Positions 8,741 through 19,414 of a stretch of 35,030 bases of DNA are shown here, piece after piece. The stretch lies in assembly GCA_964434475.1 (NCBI GenBank), contig CAYSVS010000009.1, positions 1 to 35,030 on the forward strand, given 5' to 3'. The translations under genes were made by a program, and so were the position numbers. The DNA is from an uncultured Methanosarcinales archaeon (GTDB lineage Archaea > Nanobdellota > Nanobdellia > Woesearchaeales > CAYSVS01). The notes beneath the pieces were generated by a model that was not told the origin of the DNA, did no database searches, and was given only the letters and a program-made list of their open reading frames with translations. The number at the start of each line of letters is the position of its first letter. The first letter of the stretch is position 1.

Positions 8741-9724
8741 ATGATATGTTTAGGGATAGAATCAACTGCGCATACTTTTGGTATAGCTATAGTAACAGAT
8801 GATAAGAAAGTTCTAGCTAATGAACGTTCTTTGTATACTACAGAAAAAGGAGGGATGATACCTGCAAAAGTTGCTAATCATCATATTGAAGTTTGCAAAG
8901 AAATAATGCAGAAAGCTTTGGATAAAGCAGGAATAAGTTTGAAAGATGTTAATCTTATCGCTTTTTCTCAATCGCCTGGACAAGGGCATGCTTTGCGTAT
9001 AGGCAGTTTTATTGCTAGATATCTTAGTTTGAAATTTAATATTCCTATTGTCGGAGTTAATCATTGCATAGCTCACTTGGAAATAGGAAATATGTTAACA
9101 GATTCAAAAGATCCTGTTTTGCTTTATGTATCTGGTGTTAACACTCAAGTTATTGCTTATGATGCAGGCAAGTATAGAATATTCGGTGAAACTTTAGATA
9201 TAGGTGTTGGCAATTTCTTAGATTCATTTGCAAGGCATATAGGATTAGGTTTTCCAGGCGGGCCTAAAGTAGAGGAGTTGGCTAAAAAAAGCAAGAACCT
9301 TATTGAGCTGCCTTATACAGTTAAAGGGATGGACTTTAATCTTGGTGGAGTACTTACTAATCTTAAACAGAAGTGGAATTCAGGCAAGTATAGTAAGGAA
9401 GATTTATGCTATTCTTTGCAGGAGTATGTGTTTGCTATGCTTATGGAGATCAGTGAAAGAGCGATGGCGCATTGCGATAAGAAAGAGCTGTTGCTTGGCG
9501 GTGGAGTAGCTTGCAACAAAAGGTTGCAAGAGATGGCGCATATAATGTGCAAAGAAAGGGATGCAAAGTATTTTGTATTGCCTAATGAGTTTAATATTGA
9601 TAACGCTGCAATGATTGCATGGACTGGGATAATTATGAATAAGGCAGGTGTTGTTACAAAGCTAGAAGATTCTAAAATAAATCCTTATGAAAGAACAGAT
9701 GAGGTAGAGGTTGTCTGGCGTTAG
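8741..9724 (+). CDS. kae1: tRNA N6-threonylcarbamoyltransferase Kae1 (KEOPS), stand-alone; probable start 8741
   Basis: LGIESTAHT, VNHCIAHLEIG, VSG.NTQ, GETLDIGVGN.LD, GGVACN, DNAAMIA, RTDEVEVVWR. Confidence 0.96.
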   Translation: MICLGIESTAHTFGIAIVTDDKKVLANERSLYTTEKGGMIPAKVANHHIEVCKEIMQKALDKAGISLKDVNLIAFSQSPGQGHALRIGSFIARYLSLKFNIPIVGVNHCIAHLEIGNMLTDSKDPVLLYVSGVNTQVIAYDAGKYRIFGETLDIGVGNFLDSFARHIGLGFPGGPKVEELAKKSKNLIELPYTVKGMDFNLGGVLTNLKQKWNSGKYSKEDLCYSLQEYVFAMLMEISERAMAHCDKKELLLGGGVACNKRLQEMAHIMCKERDAKYFVLPNEFNIDNAAMIAWTGIIMNKAGVVTKLEDSKINPYERTDEVEVVWR

Positions 9725-10530
9725 CCTAATGTTCCGCATGCTGCAAGAATATCATCGCCTTTATTTTCTCTTATGAAGGTCTTTATTCCTTTTTGCATTA
9801 ATTTTTGTTTTATTTCTTTTATTTTATGCATGTCTGTGCTTTTATAATCGCATTTGTCATGTTTGTTGTAAGGGATTAGGTTTACAAGGATATTCATCCC
9901 TTTGAATAATTCTGCGATTTTATTGATATCTTCAATTTTGTCGTTTATTCCTTGAATTAAAACATATTCAATCATTATTGGTCTGTGTCTGCTGTTTGGT
10001 ATTTGTTTTAGTGCAGTTATTATTTTTTCTATAGGATGTTTTCTGTTTATCGGCATCAATTTGTTTCTTGTTGCGTTGTTAGTTGCGTTTAAAGAAATAG
10101 CTAATCTTGTTTTTGTGTCTTTGCTTAATTGCATCATTTTATCTGGAATTCCGCAAGTTGATACTGTAATCTTCTTTTGGCTGAATTTATATTTTTTATT
10201 CAGTTCATTTATTGCAGCAACAACATTTGTGTAGTTGTCCAATGGCTCACCCATGCCCATGAATACTATTGCTGTTGGTTCTTGTTTTATTATTTTTTTA
10301 GCCTTAATATATTGCTTTAGAATTTCGTCTTTTGTCAAATCTCTCTTAAATCCTAATTCTCCAGTCTTGCAGAATGTGCATTTAAATTTACACCCTGCTT
10401 GCGATGAAATGCATAATGTTATTTTGTTTTTTAGAAAAAGTATGACTGATTCAATAAAAATATTATTATCTAGCTGGAATATTAGCTTGATTGTTTTGTC
10501 TTTAGACTTCAGGATTTTGTTCAGTTTCAT
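9721..10530 (-). CDS. rlmN: RlmN/Cfr-family radical SAM RNA methyltransferase, short form
   Basis: TLCISSQAGCKFKCTFC, MGMGEP, TVSTCG, AISL, IEYVLIQGIND, VNLIPYN, GDDILAACG. Confidence 0.88.
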   Translation of the reverse strand: MKLNKILKSKDKTIKLIFQLDNNIFIESVILFLKNKITLCISSQAGCKFKCTFCKTGELGFKRDLTKDEILKQYIKAKKIIKQEPTAIVFMGMGEPLDNYTNVVAAINELNKKYKFSQKKITVSTCGIPDKMMQLSKDTKTRLAISLNATNNATRNKLMPINRKHPIEKIITALKQIPNSRHRPIMIEYVLIQGINDKIEDINKIAELFKGMNILVNLIPYNKHDKCDYKSTDMHKIKEIKQKLMQKGIKTFIRENKGDDILAACGTLG

Positions 10531-10819
10531 CTATTCCCATTATCTTCTTTTTTTCAATCCTAAGCTGCGCAATTTCATTTCTACAAATTTCTTTAGCTTT
10601 TCTGCTTTCTTCAAGCTCTTTGTAGAGATCTTTGTTCTTTTGTATTGCGTCTTTGTATCTTATGTTTGCTTCTCTAATCTTTTGTTTTACTTCGTCCAAA
10701 GCATTCAGGTCAACATTGTGCTTGTTCTCTGGATTGTTTGCCCTTTGTCTGATAAGTTCTGTATAGCTTATCTTGCCTTCATCAATAAGCCTCTTTTCCT
10801 CGTCTGTTAAGATTGTCAT
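10502..10819 (-). CDS. Hypothetical coiled-coil protein
   Basis: 105 aa, charged helical C-half; overlaps the rlmN start. Confidence 0.7.
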   Translation of the reverse strand: MTILTDEEKRLIDEGKISYTELIRQRANNPENKHNVDLNALDEVKQKIREANIRYKDAIQKNKDLYKELEESRKAKEICRNEIAQLRIEKKKIMGIDETEQNPEV

Positions 10820-10912
10820 AGAATAAGAAAATAAGGGGTGATTTATATTGGTTTTGGTTGATTAAGGTTCCATATTCGGGGTATGTGTCATACTTTGGCT
10901 TGATGTAGTTAA

Positions 10913-13900
10913 TTAAGAGTATTTTGTTTTACAATTTATTTTTTGGTTTATGAATTCTTTTAGTTTACTTTCATCACTTCCTTTTGTGAACTCTTTCTCA
11001 GTTCCTTCTTCTATTGATATTTTTATGCTGTATCCGTATGATTTTATTGATGCATAAATCTCTTCTGCAAGATCTGTCTTGAAATCAGCACAAGTTTTTG
11101 GATTTTTAACGTTTAGTACTTGGATGATTGCATTATTGAAAGATCCTGTTACTTCATCATCATTTGTTTTAAAATTTTTTGAACTAAAATCCCACCAATA
11201 TTTTATTGTACCTTCTGGTATAATATCATACCAACTAGTTCTTAAAACATCAACTGTTATCTTTTTTGTTCTTCCTGATGTCGCTTCTTGCGCTTGCTGC
11301 TGTTCTTCAGCTTCTTCCTGTTCTTGAAATTGTTCACAAGGGTCATCACTGCATCCATATGTCTTTTCTCCTTCTGAATCTGTTATACAGCAATATTCTT
11401 TACCCTCTCCATCGCATCCATTTCCTCCCAATTGTTCTGTTTTGCCAGATGCGCATACGCAAGGGTTGCTTAGTTCTTCGCCAATGCTGCATTTCTCAGT
11501 CATATGGCATTTTCCGTCGTAACAATAATGTCCTCTTGTATTGTCGCCGCAATTTATGCTTGTTCCGCCGCAGATGCATGTTTGATGTAAATAAGTGCTG
11601 TCGCTTGGGCATGAATCTGTTTCAGGAGAAACTTTGGGTCGTATGCCTATCTTGATAGGAATGTCTTTCTGCCAAAGTAATTGGTCATTCCTTATCTGGT
11701 CTGCTGCTGTGCTATCTATGCAATTATCTGTTCCGTCTAATGCATGCCTTAACTCAAGATGTATTTTCATCTCTTTTTCCTGCTCTCCTGGTTTTGAAGG
11801 TAAAGCAACAACATTGTATGTCAATTGTTTTGCATATTCTCTTTTATTGTTCTTTACAATGTATGGCATCTGCATAGTGTTTAACTTGAATTTTATTCCG
11901 TTGCTTTCTATTATTGCGCCAGTGATATTTTTTGCATAGCCATTGCCTATCTTAATCTGATCATATTTTCCGTTAACATTGTATGTTGTTATTTTTTGAT
12001 CATTGTTTGTATCAAGCAATGTAAATTCAAACTGCACTGTATTTTGGTTGTTGTGGCTTATCAGTTCATAGCTTAATTCTTTTTGCCAGCCTTCTGGAGC
12101 AACCTGTTGCTGGAAAGATACGCCTGTTGCTCCTGTCAATTGTAGATTATCGTCTATTACAATATCATAATTTTTTGTTCCGTTGTGTTTTATCTTGAAC
12201 ACTAATGGTGAGCCTATTTTGCTTCCTGTTGAAGTTTTTTTCTCTATCCATAGGCATTGTGTCTTATCTCCTTTAACATAAATGTCGCCATTGAATTTTA
12301 ATATGTCTCCTGGATAGTATTCTGCTTTTTCTTTTGATATAGGTTCGTTGATATTTACGAAGTGTGCGCTGCCTCTTGCATCCCATAATAATTCTGTACC
12401 TTCGCAGACAAACCTTCCTGCTAAAGGGTCAAACCTGCATGTTGCAATATCTCTTGCTGTCTTGTCTTCTATAGGAAAATACCAGACTCCATCCTTATGA
12501 CCTTCTGGCAGGCATTGTTCTGCAACCTTTTTATTGTTGATATGCAACTTTACTCTTACGTGGCTGTACCTGTTGCTGCTTTCTACAATCTTAGATGTAC
12601 TTTGGTCTTCAAAATCTCCTTGGCTTAGTCTTCTGCCTATAGCCAATGGCTCTGTCATTGTTTCTTGTGTCCAGCAATCGCATCCCTGATATGGATGTGT
12701 TTCTCCAGACATAAGGCTTTTTTCACAGCTTAAGCCTTGTTCCATGGCTGTATTATCGTCTGGACAAACAAGGTCAACACTATAACCGTCAACATCACAA
12801 CCTGGAACTATATTCCATGTTGCTCTGTATTCGTACATAGCCTTATCGTTGTATGGAGTATAGCCAAGGTATTCTCTCCATGCAGGATAGCCTCCAACAA
12901 CTGTGTTGAATGTACTTGAATACGAGCCATCTATTATACTTTCAAAATCAAGACCCCAGTCTCCTGTTAATGATCCTAGACAAATCTTACGCATTATACC
13001 TTGTGTTCCTCCAGCAAGATAGTTGTCAAGAGCAACATTTCCATATTCTTTCTGCAGTTCTTCTGCACTTTCACCTAGACTTTCAAACATAGAAGTTATG
13101 GTAAGCTTAGCTCCATCAAAACCTCCTGCACCTATGCTGCTTGCGCCGTCTTCAGCAGTACAGTCTTCTGTAAAATAGCTTATCACTTGCCATAAAGCGC
13201 TGCACATATAATTATTGAACATTTCTTTGCAAATGCCTGTGTTTGCTCTTCCACTTGTCTTTACCTGTAAAAAGCAGTTATGCAATCCTTGCATTATGTT
13301 CTTTAATGTTTTTAATCTTGTATAGATTCCAGATACACACATGCATTGGAATGTTGATGTGTGCTGCTGCGGAGTAAGCATGTGCAGGTTTTCTCTATAT
13401 AATGCATTGTCTTGGCCAAAGCACGCTGGTTGATCCCTACCTTCATAATATCTGTTTTCGTTATAGCATGTTAATCCTATCTTGTCTTCTCTATAACTAT
13501 ATTTTTCGTTTGGCGCTGCTTCCTGTATATATTTACCTTCAGATATCATATCTGTGCATTGGCTTAACGCATATGGTAAAGGTTCTTCTTTTAGCTTATA
13601 TGTTGTTTCTCCATCTTTTTTTAGCATCTTTGATTTGATATAGCCAGGAATATTGTCCTCTTCAAGCAATAATGTTGTTCCTATCTTAAGAACTTCTAAT
13701 TGTGCTGGTGCAGACCCTATGGTTCCTCCACCATAAACTTTTCTTAAGAGATATTTATTGTTTCCAATGCTTTTTTCGTATACATAATGAGCTCCGTCAA
13801 ATTCATAATGGCTGTTGAAGTTTATTTTCTCGCTTCCTTCTGGAGGCTGAGGAACTAAATTAATTATTAATCCTCTTGTACTTATCTTTTCGTTGTTTAT

Positions 13901-16696
13901 ACAAGCGTGAGATTCTTTTATGGCTTGGTTAACCTCTTCAGGAGATGCTTCTTCAGTCCATTTTGCAGGTGTTTTGTGACAAAGGAATCTGTCTGCCGCC
14001 CATCTGAAAGTTTCATGCGCTTTTCTTTCTATTTCCCATGCAGCTGCGCATGCACTGCATTTTTCATCTAAATCTTTGTCGCTTAGATCATCTTGTAGAT
14101 CCTCGTCACCTTCATTCTTTTTGTGTCCAGGCTTAGGGCATTTTGTTTCTGGTGTTAAGGATTCCATCCTGCATGTTACTTTCCTATAGGTTTTTGCTCC
14201 TATCTTTGCGATCCATGCTCCGAGTGTTGCTACTCCTAAAATTTTCAGTGCAGACTCTATTTTTGGCAGAATCTTGTCAAGCTTTTCTATTGTTTGATTT
14301 GTAGTTTTAATACCGCCTTCCAAAAGCCATTCTGGTAAAACTTTTCTTGGATCTATTTTGGTATCCATAGTATATGCTATGTCCATACATTTCTTCATAC
14401 CTCTTGTTTCGCCGTTCTCTTTAAAATCAACATATACTATATACGGAAATATCATCTCATTGCCTAACAGCATATCTTTTAGTTTTTTGTCTCCTTCACT
14501 TATTTCTGTGCTGTCAAGCCTATAGCGTATGAACCATTTTGTCTTGTCTGGATTTGATTCTATTATTTCCGGAGAACCAGGCAATATCTTGCAGCTTAGG
14601 TTGTATCTCTTGTCTTTTTCTATATCTGTTGCACTGCATCTTTTATCAAGCCTTATGTCTGTTATTTGATAGTCTGTTGCACTGCCGAAGTATGAAAGAT
14701 TAAGAAGGAATTGTATGTGCTCTGTGCCTTGTTCTATCCTTTCTGGATTGAGCAAAGTAGGAGCCTGGTATTTTGCCAAAGGTATAATGTCAAAAGCCAT
14801 CTGTCCTGCCCAGCACGTTCCTATTCTGAAATTTAAAGATTTTTTTTGTGATTTTAAGCCTGCTTTATCTATGGCGACAAGGTATAGGTTAACAGCAAAC
14901 TCTTCATCTCTTATTTCGTTTCTGGTATCTTCTTCTCTTGCTATATCTACTCTGTCGGGTGTGGTAGGAAGAAAAGGTTTGTTGCTGAAATCTTGAGCAT
15001 ATTTTTCTATATTGATACCTTCTATCTTAAAATATCCTGATTCATCTGAAGATACTTCAGTAATGGATGATGTTTTGCCTTTCCTGTAAAGTTTTACTTG
15101 TATACTAGGATCAGTATATCCTTCGATAATTAGGTCTTTGCCTATGGTTCCTTCATATATGAAATATTCACCTGATGCTGCTTCTGATGGTTGTATGTTT
15201 GTAATGTCAGGAGCTGTTGTATCTTTTATTATTGTGTATTGTTTACTGTCTTCATTGCCTGCTTTATCCACAGCTTTTATTGTTATGTAATTTATGCCCT
15301 CTTCTATAGGTAAGTTTAATTCAAAATCACCTTGAGCGGGAATAGGTGCGTATTGGTATGATATTTTACATTTTTCTGGATAGTATCTTTTATCCTGCTC
15401 CTGTTCAACATCTCCTGGTTCTGTTGTGTAAGTATAAGGGTTTGACAGTGGACCTTCATTGCAATATCTGTCAACCATAGAGATTTGGTATTTGTATGTC
15501 TTGCCTGAATTTATATATCTGTCAACAAACTCAGGAGCGCTTTTTACTATGCCAAAGAATTTATCGTTTCTGTATGTTTTATAATAGTTAAAATCAGGGT
15601 GTTTGCTTTCGTTCCAGATTATTTTTATAGCTCTCTTGGAATCAGAATGTTTTCTAACTCCTGTGATAACTCTGGAAGCTTCATCAACAGTTTGTTGTAC
15701 ATTTGAGTATATTATAGATACATTTTCATTTACATAGCCTTTAACTTCTATAGAACCAACTTGTTCTACTGTTTCTGGTATGTCTGTTTCTATATCCAGG
15801 ATGGGTTTGGTATAATCTGTTTTTGTATTGTATATGTATTCTTTCTCTGTTCCGTGCTTTGTTGTAACAGTGAATTTAAGTTTATTATTGCCCTGTTCAA
15901 GCTCTACATTAGAGAAGCTAAACTTTCCTGATGCGCTTGTGCTTGATGGAGTGTATCGCCTGTTGTTTGGATCATCATTCACAATAAGTTCAACGTATGC
16001 ATAAGCAGGTGTTTTTCCTCTGATATTCATATATTTTTCATTATAGAATTCAGGTATTTCTAATTCAAGTGTAGCCGCACTATCGCCTAGTGTTTTGAAT
16101 CCGCCTTTGTTGGAATCAGTGTATTCTGTTATTATTTGAAAAAAATACTCTGTTCCAGGATCAAGTCCAATAATATTTATTTCATGATCTTGTGTGCTTG
16201 AATCTCCTACTTCAATAACTTCAAGATTGTTCTTATCTGCACTGTAATGTATCTCTGTTATTGTATCTATGTTTGTTTTCCAGGTTATTACAGCAGAATC
16301 GTCTGTTGTATTTGCTGAAATGTTTATGAATTCTAACTTAGGATATGTCTTTAATGTATAGAAATTATTGCTGTTGTTATCTATTAGAGTATAGCTTGAT
16401 GAATTTGTGGATTGAACCTGAAACTTATATTCTGTATCAGATTCAAGGTTTGAAAGTTTAATTTTATGTTCTGTTACTTTATTGTTGTCTGTTTTGTATT
16501 GGTCTAGCTCCTCTATCCCATAATCTACCCTGCTTGTTGAACCTGTTGATGTCTCCCATTTTATCTCTGCTGTTTCATGATCTATCACATTTGCATTTAT
16601 ATTTTCTATGCTTAGTTGTTCCGCAGATATTATAGGCAGAGCTAAGATTAAGCAGATTACAAATATACTGAATTGTTGTAATATTGTCTTTTTCAT
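10913..16696 (-). CDS. Giant secreted Cys-rich protein with Fn3/Ig-like domains (1927 aa)
   Basis: Sec signal; two tandem Fn3-like repeats (A.I.W.T...Y...H.I...L...TEY.FQ); Ig-like AVDKAGN/AIDKAG motifs; central hydrophobic helix; Cys clusters. Confidence 0.88.
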   Translation of the reverse strand: MKKTILQQFSIFVICLILALPIISAEQLSIENINANVIDHETAEIKWETSTGSTSRVDYGIEELDQYKTDNNKVTEHKIKLSNLESDTEYKFQVQSTNSSSYTLIDNNSNNFYTLKTYPKLEFINISANTTDDSAVITWKTNIDTITEIHYSADKNNLEVIEVGDSSTQDHEINIIGLDPGTEYFFQIITEYTDSNKGGFKTLGDSAATLELEIPEFYNEKYMNIRGKTPAYAYVELIVNDDPNNRRYTPSSTSASGKFSFSNVELEQGNNKLKFTVTTKHGTEKEYIYNTKTDYTKPILDIETDIPETVEQVGSIEVKGYVNENVSIIYSNVQQTVDEASRVITGVRKHSDSKRAIKIIWNESKHPDFNYYKTYRNDKFFGIVKSAPEFVDRYINSGKTYKYQISMVDRYCNEGPLSNPYTYTTEPGDVEQEQDKRYYPEKCKISYQYAPIPAQGDFELNLPIEEGINYITIKAVDKAGNEDSKQYTIIKDTTAPDITNIQPSEAASGEYFIYEGTIGKDLIIEGYTDPSIQVKLYRKGKTSSITEVSSDESGYFKIEGINIEKYAQDFSNKPFLPTTPDRVDIAREEDTRNEIRDEEFAVNLYLVAIDKAGLKSQKKSLNFRIGTCWAGQMAFDIIPLAKYQAPTLLNPERIEQGTEHIQFLLNLSYFGSATDYQITDIRLDKRCSATDIEKDKRYNLSCKILPGSPEIIESNPDKTKWFIRYRLDSTEISEGDKKLKDMLLGNEMIFPYIVYVDFKENGETRGMKKCMDIAYTMDTKIDPRKVLPEWLLEGGIKTTNQTIEKLDKILPKIESALKILGVATLGAWIAKIGAKTYRKVTCRMESLTPETKCPKPGHKKNEGDEDLQDDLSDKDLDEKCSACAAAWEIERKAHETFRWAADRFLCHKTPAKWTEEASPEEVNQAIKESHACINNEKISTRGLIINLVPQPPEGSEKINFNSHYEFDGAHYVYEKSIGNNKYLLRKVYGGGTIGSAPAQLEVLKIGTTLLLEEDNIPGYIKSKMLKKDGETTYKLKEEPLPYALSQCTDMISEGKYIQEAAPNEKYSYREDKIGLTCYNENRYYEGRDQPACFGQDNALYRENLHMLTPQQHTSTFQCMCVSGIYTRLKTLKNIMQGLHNCFLQVKTSGRANTGICKEMFNNYMCSALWQVISYFTEDCTAEDGASSIGAGGFDGAKLTITSMFESLGESAEELQKEYGNVALDNYLAGGTQGIMRKICLGSLTGDWGLDFESIIDGSYSSTFNTVVGGYPAWREYLGYTPYNDKAMYEYRATWNIVPGCDVDGYSVDLVCPDDNTAMEQGLSCEKSLMSGETHPYQGCDCWTQETMTEPLAIGRRLSQGDFEDQSTSKIVESSNRYSHVRVKLHINNKKVAEQCLPEGHKDGVWYFPIEDKTARDIATCRFDPLAGRFVCEGTELLWDARGSAHFVNINEPISKEKAEYYPGDILKFNGDIYVKGDKTQCLWIEKKTSTGSKIGSPLVFKIKHNGTKNYDIVIDDNLQLTGATGVSFQQQVAPEGWQKELSYELISHNNQNTVQFEFTLLDTNNDQKITTYNVNGKYDQIKIGNGYAKNITGAIIESNGIKFKLNTMQMPYIVKNNKREYAKQLTYNVVALPSKPGEQEKEMKIHLELRHALDGTDNCIDSTAADQIRNDQLLWQKDIPIKIGIRPKVSPETDSCPSDSTYLHQTCICGGTSINCGDNTRGHYCYDGKCHMTEKCSIGEELSNPCVCASGKTEQLGGNGCDGEGKEYCCITDSEGEKTYGCSDDPCEQFQEQEEAEEQQQAQEATSGRTKKITVDVLRTSWYDIIPEGTIKYWWDFSSKNFKTNDDEVTGSFNNAIIQVLNVKNPKTCADFKTDLAEEIYASIKSYGYSIKISIEEGTEKEFTKGSDESKLKEFINQKINCKTKYS

Positions 16697-18636
16697 CTTT
16701 TAGTCATTATCTCCGGTTCAGGCATCTTTTTTGAATTCTTAGGCAAGTTCATAAAAAACTCTTGCATGTATGGTGTCAAATCCTCGCTGTCAGGAATAGG
16801 TTCTATTGTGCTTACTGTATGGAACTTGATGTTTTCAGCATCCTTGACTCCTGCATTGCTTGGTTTCCATTCGCCGATATAACCTCCACTGAATTCGTCG
16901 TCTTTCATAAGGTATATCTTTAATGAATATGTATAGTCTTTGTCAGCCAATAATGTCATAGGTATAATCTCTTCTGTTTTGTCAGGAGGATAAAATCCGT
17001 ATGTTGTATGCTGCATATTTGGATTGCTTATTATAATTACAGCTGTTTCATCAGAATCTAGGTAAGTTTCTAGATCAGGGTATTCTATGTCGTGTTTGAC
17101 TACGCTATAATTGTATATTTTTTTTATAGGTGTCAAGCCTATTATCTCTGTTTTTCCATCCATAAGGTCTGTATCTATTATTTCTTTTGCTCTCTTATAT
17201 CCAGGAGCTTCAACCTGTATTAATCCGCCGTAGCATAAAGGAAGCATAAGTTCAACACCAGAATATGTTCCGCCGAACAAGTAATCTGTTGTACCTTGAT
17301 ATCCGCATTTGAACTTAAGGCATTCGAAAGACACATTAGCTCCTACCACCATACCTCCTGTAACATTATTCTTTGTCTGTATATTGATGTTCTGCGTTTT
17401 TTCGCTGCAGAACTCTTCTGAATTTGGAGCAGTTTCAAAATCAAAAGATGTTGTTGAAAAAGTCTGCCTATTTGCAATATTATGATTTATGTTGACAGGA
17501 AATGCAAAATTGAAAGTGTATTCTTTGTTATCATCTGTCTCATCATCCTTTAAAGTTACCATAACAGGATATTTCACATCATATGTAAAATGATATATTT
17601 GCATACAAAGCCATGACATATCTATTACATCTTCTACCTCTTGGCCTTGCTGTGTACCTGAAGTCATTATCATGCCGTTGTTAGGCCTTACGTTGAAATT
17701 AAAGTCCCATGAAGGGTCGAATGTTAATGATGCATGCATGTTAAGGTAGGAATCATCGCCTGTAGCATGAAAGATATAATGGTTCTTGACATATTCTTGT
17801 TCTTCAGGGATAGGCAAATAGTTTGTATCAGATATTCTTACCAAAGGTATATTCATCTGCAGCAGTTGTTTTAGCTTATCTTCAACCTTCTTGACAAACC
17901 AAATCCTTGGACTACATCTTATCTCAAAATTAGTATAAGGTATTTCAGGGTCCAGAGCTATCAAATCTATAGTTAGTTGTTCTAGCCAGGATTCTTTGTT
18001 TTCCTGTTCCATTATCTTTCTTGCCAGTTCAAGCACCTTCGATAATCTTATGTTCTTGTTTATGGTAAACCTGTTTATGTTAGATACTGTTGTATTATCT
18101 TTGCTTCTTATCTCTAAAGGCCATAATACATCATATACAACATCATCATAGCTTAGTATGACTTCTGTCTGCATATCATCTAATTGTTTAATGTTGTATT
18201 GATTTTCTAATGCAGTAAAATTATTTACGCATAGTTTTAGCTTTGTGTTCATGCTGTTCTCTAATTCGTTCTTGATAAATTCATTGCTAGGTATCCTGTT
18301 CTGGCCATTGTGCCACCAGTAAGGGATTTTTAATGTATCAAATTCAGGATGTACTGATATATAGCTGGTAGGGTCTTTTGATATCAAAAGAGGAAACTCC
18401 ATGTAGCCTCCGTTATGACCTAGAATCGCTAAATCTTTATCGCTGATTTGTTTAATGCATGTTTCTACATATCGATAGACAGGGATAATCTCTTGCGGCA
18501 ACTGAGTTCTTGCTTTTTCTTTCAGTTGTGATGTTGATTGTTGGATGAACAGCACTATAGCTACGCCTAGAAGCATAAGTATACCTATGATTATGAAAAT
18601 AGTTATCTGTCCCCTTTTTTTTAGTGTAATGCTCAT
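16693..18636 (-). CDS. Large protein with class III (prepilin-like) signal peptide; probable start 18636
   Basis: KKRG|QITIFIIIGILMLLGVAIVLFI; paralog of 24648-26756. Confidence 0.85.
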   Translation of the reverse strand: MSITLKKRGQITIFIIIGILMLLGVAIVLFIQQSTSQLKEKARTQLPQEIIPVYRYVETCIKQISDKDLAILGHNGGYMEFPLLISKDPTSYISVHPEFDTLKIPYWWHNGQNRIPSNEFIKNELENSMNTKLKLCVNNFTALENQYNIKQLDDMQTEVILSYDDVVYDVLWPLEIRSKDNTTVSNINRFTINKNIRLSKVLELARKIMEQENKESWLEQLTIDLIALDPEIPYTNFEIRCSPRIWFVKKVEDKLKQLLQMNIPLVRISDTNYLPIPEEQEYVKNHYIFHATGDDSYLNMHASLTFDPSWDFNFNVRPNNGMIMTSGTQQGQEVEDVIDMSWLCMQIYHFTYDVKYPVMVTLKDDETDDNKEYTFNFAFPVNINHNIANRQTFSTTSFDFETAPNSEEFCSEKTQNINIQTKNNVTGGMVVGANVSFECLKFKCGYQGTTDYLFGGTYSGVELMLPLCYGGLIQVEAPGYKRAKEIIDTDLMDGKTEIIGLTPIKKIYNYSVVKHDIEYPDLETYLDSDETAVIIISNPNMQHTTYGFYPPDKTEEIIPMTLLADKDYTYSLKIYLMKDDEFSGGYIGEWKPSNAGVKDAENIKFHTVSTIEPIPDSEDLTPYMQEFFMNLPKNSKKMPEPEIMTKR

Positions 18637-18637
18637 T

Positions 18638-19414
18638 TTATTTGATTTTTTTAACAACCTCTATTATGTAAAATTTGTTGAATGTCAAAAATAATAGTAT
18701 TACTATAGATGATGTAATTGTATATGCTTTGTTGTTGAATATGAATAGTTTTGCGATAATACTTAATGCAAATAAGATTATGCTTAAGCTTAAGTATGGC
18801 AAGTAAAGTTTTTTTGCTTTCTTGAAAACTATGTTTGCTGTTTCCTCTATGTATCTCTTTTTTGTAAGAAATTTTATGTATAATATAGATATAATGTTCA
18901 ATAGATATATCATTATAGGTATTATTACGAATATGTAAACAGCACTGATCACTAGGATTCCGCCAGGATAATATCGTAACTTGTCTACTGATGTAGACAC
19001 CAAGCTTAAGAGTATATTAAGTATAAAAAATACAAATATTCCTATGAAAAACAGAATAAAGTTAAGTATATAGAACTTTTTTATGAATATTTTGTCAAAC
19101 TTTTTGTTCATCAATCTTGTCCATATAATGCCTTTAATTATCGACCAATTCAGTATGGATATAAGCAACGCTATAAGTATATATATATAGAACTTTGCCA
19201 TGAATGTGTTGATTATGTTGTTACCTATGCTAGAGTTTATTGCATCAGATACAGAAGGAAGTTTTTCTATCTCTGTTGACATAATAAAACTTAAGATATT
19301 CAGTATTCCTATAAACAATATTATATGTAGTAAATCAAGTCCAAATACTATCAATCCTTTTTTTTTCATTTCCTGTAATGCTTTTTTTAATGTCTTTTTC
19401 ATCTTGTTCACCAA
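18638..19414 (-). CDS. Polytopic membrane protein
   Basis: About six hydrophobic segments. Confidence 0.8.
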   Translation of the reverse strand: MVNKMKKTLKKALQEMKKKGLIVFGLDLLHIILFIGILNILSFIMSTEIEKLPSVSDAINSSIGNNIINTFMAKFYIYILIALLISILNWSIIKGIIWTRLMNKKFDKIFIKKFYILNFILFFIGIFVFFILNILLSLVSTSVDKLRYYPGGILVISAVYIFVIIPIMIYLLNIISILYIKFLTKKRYIEETANIVFKKAKKLYLPYLSLSIILFALSIIAKLFIFNNKAYTITSSIVILLFLTFNKFYIIEVVKKIK

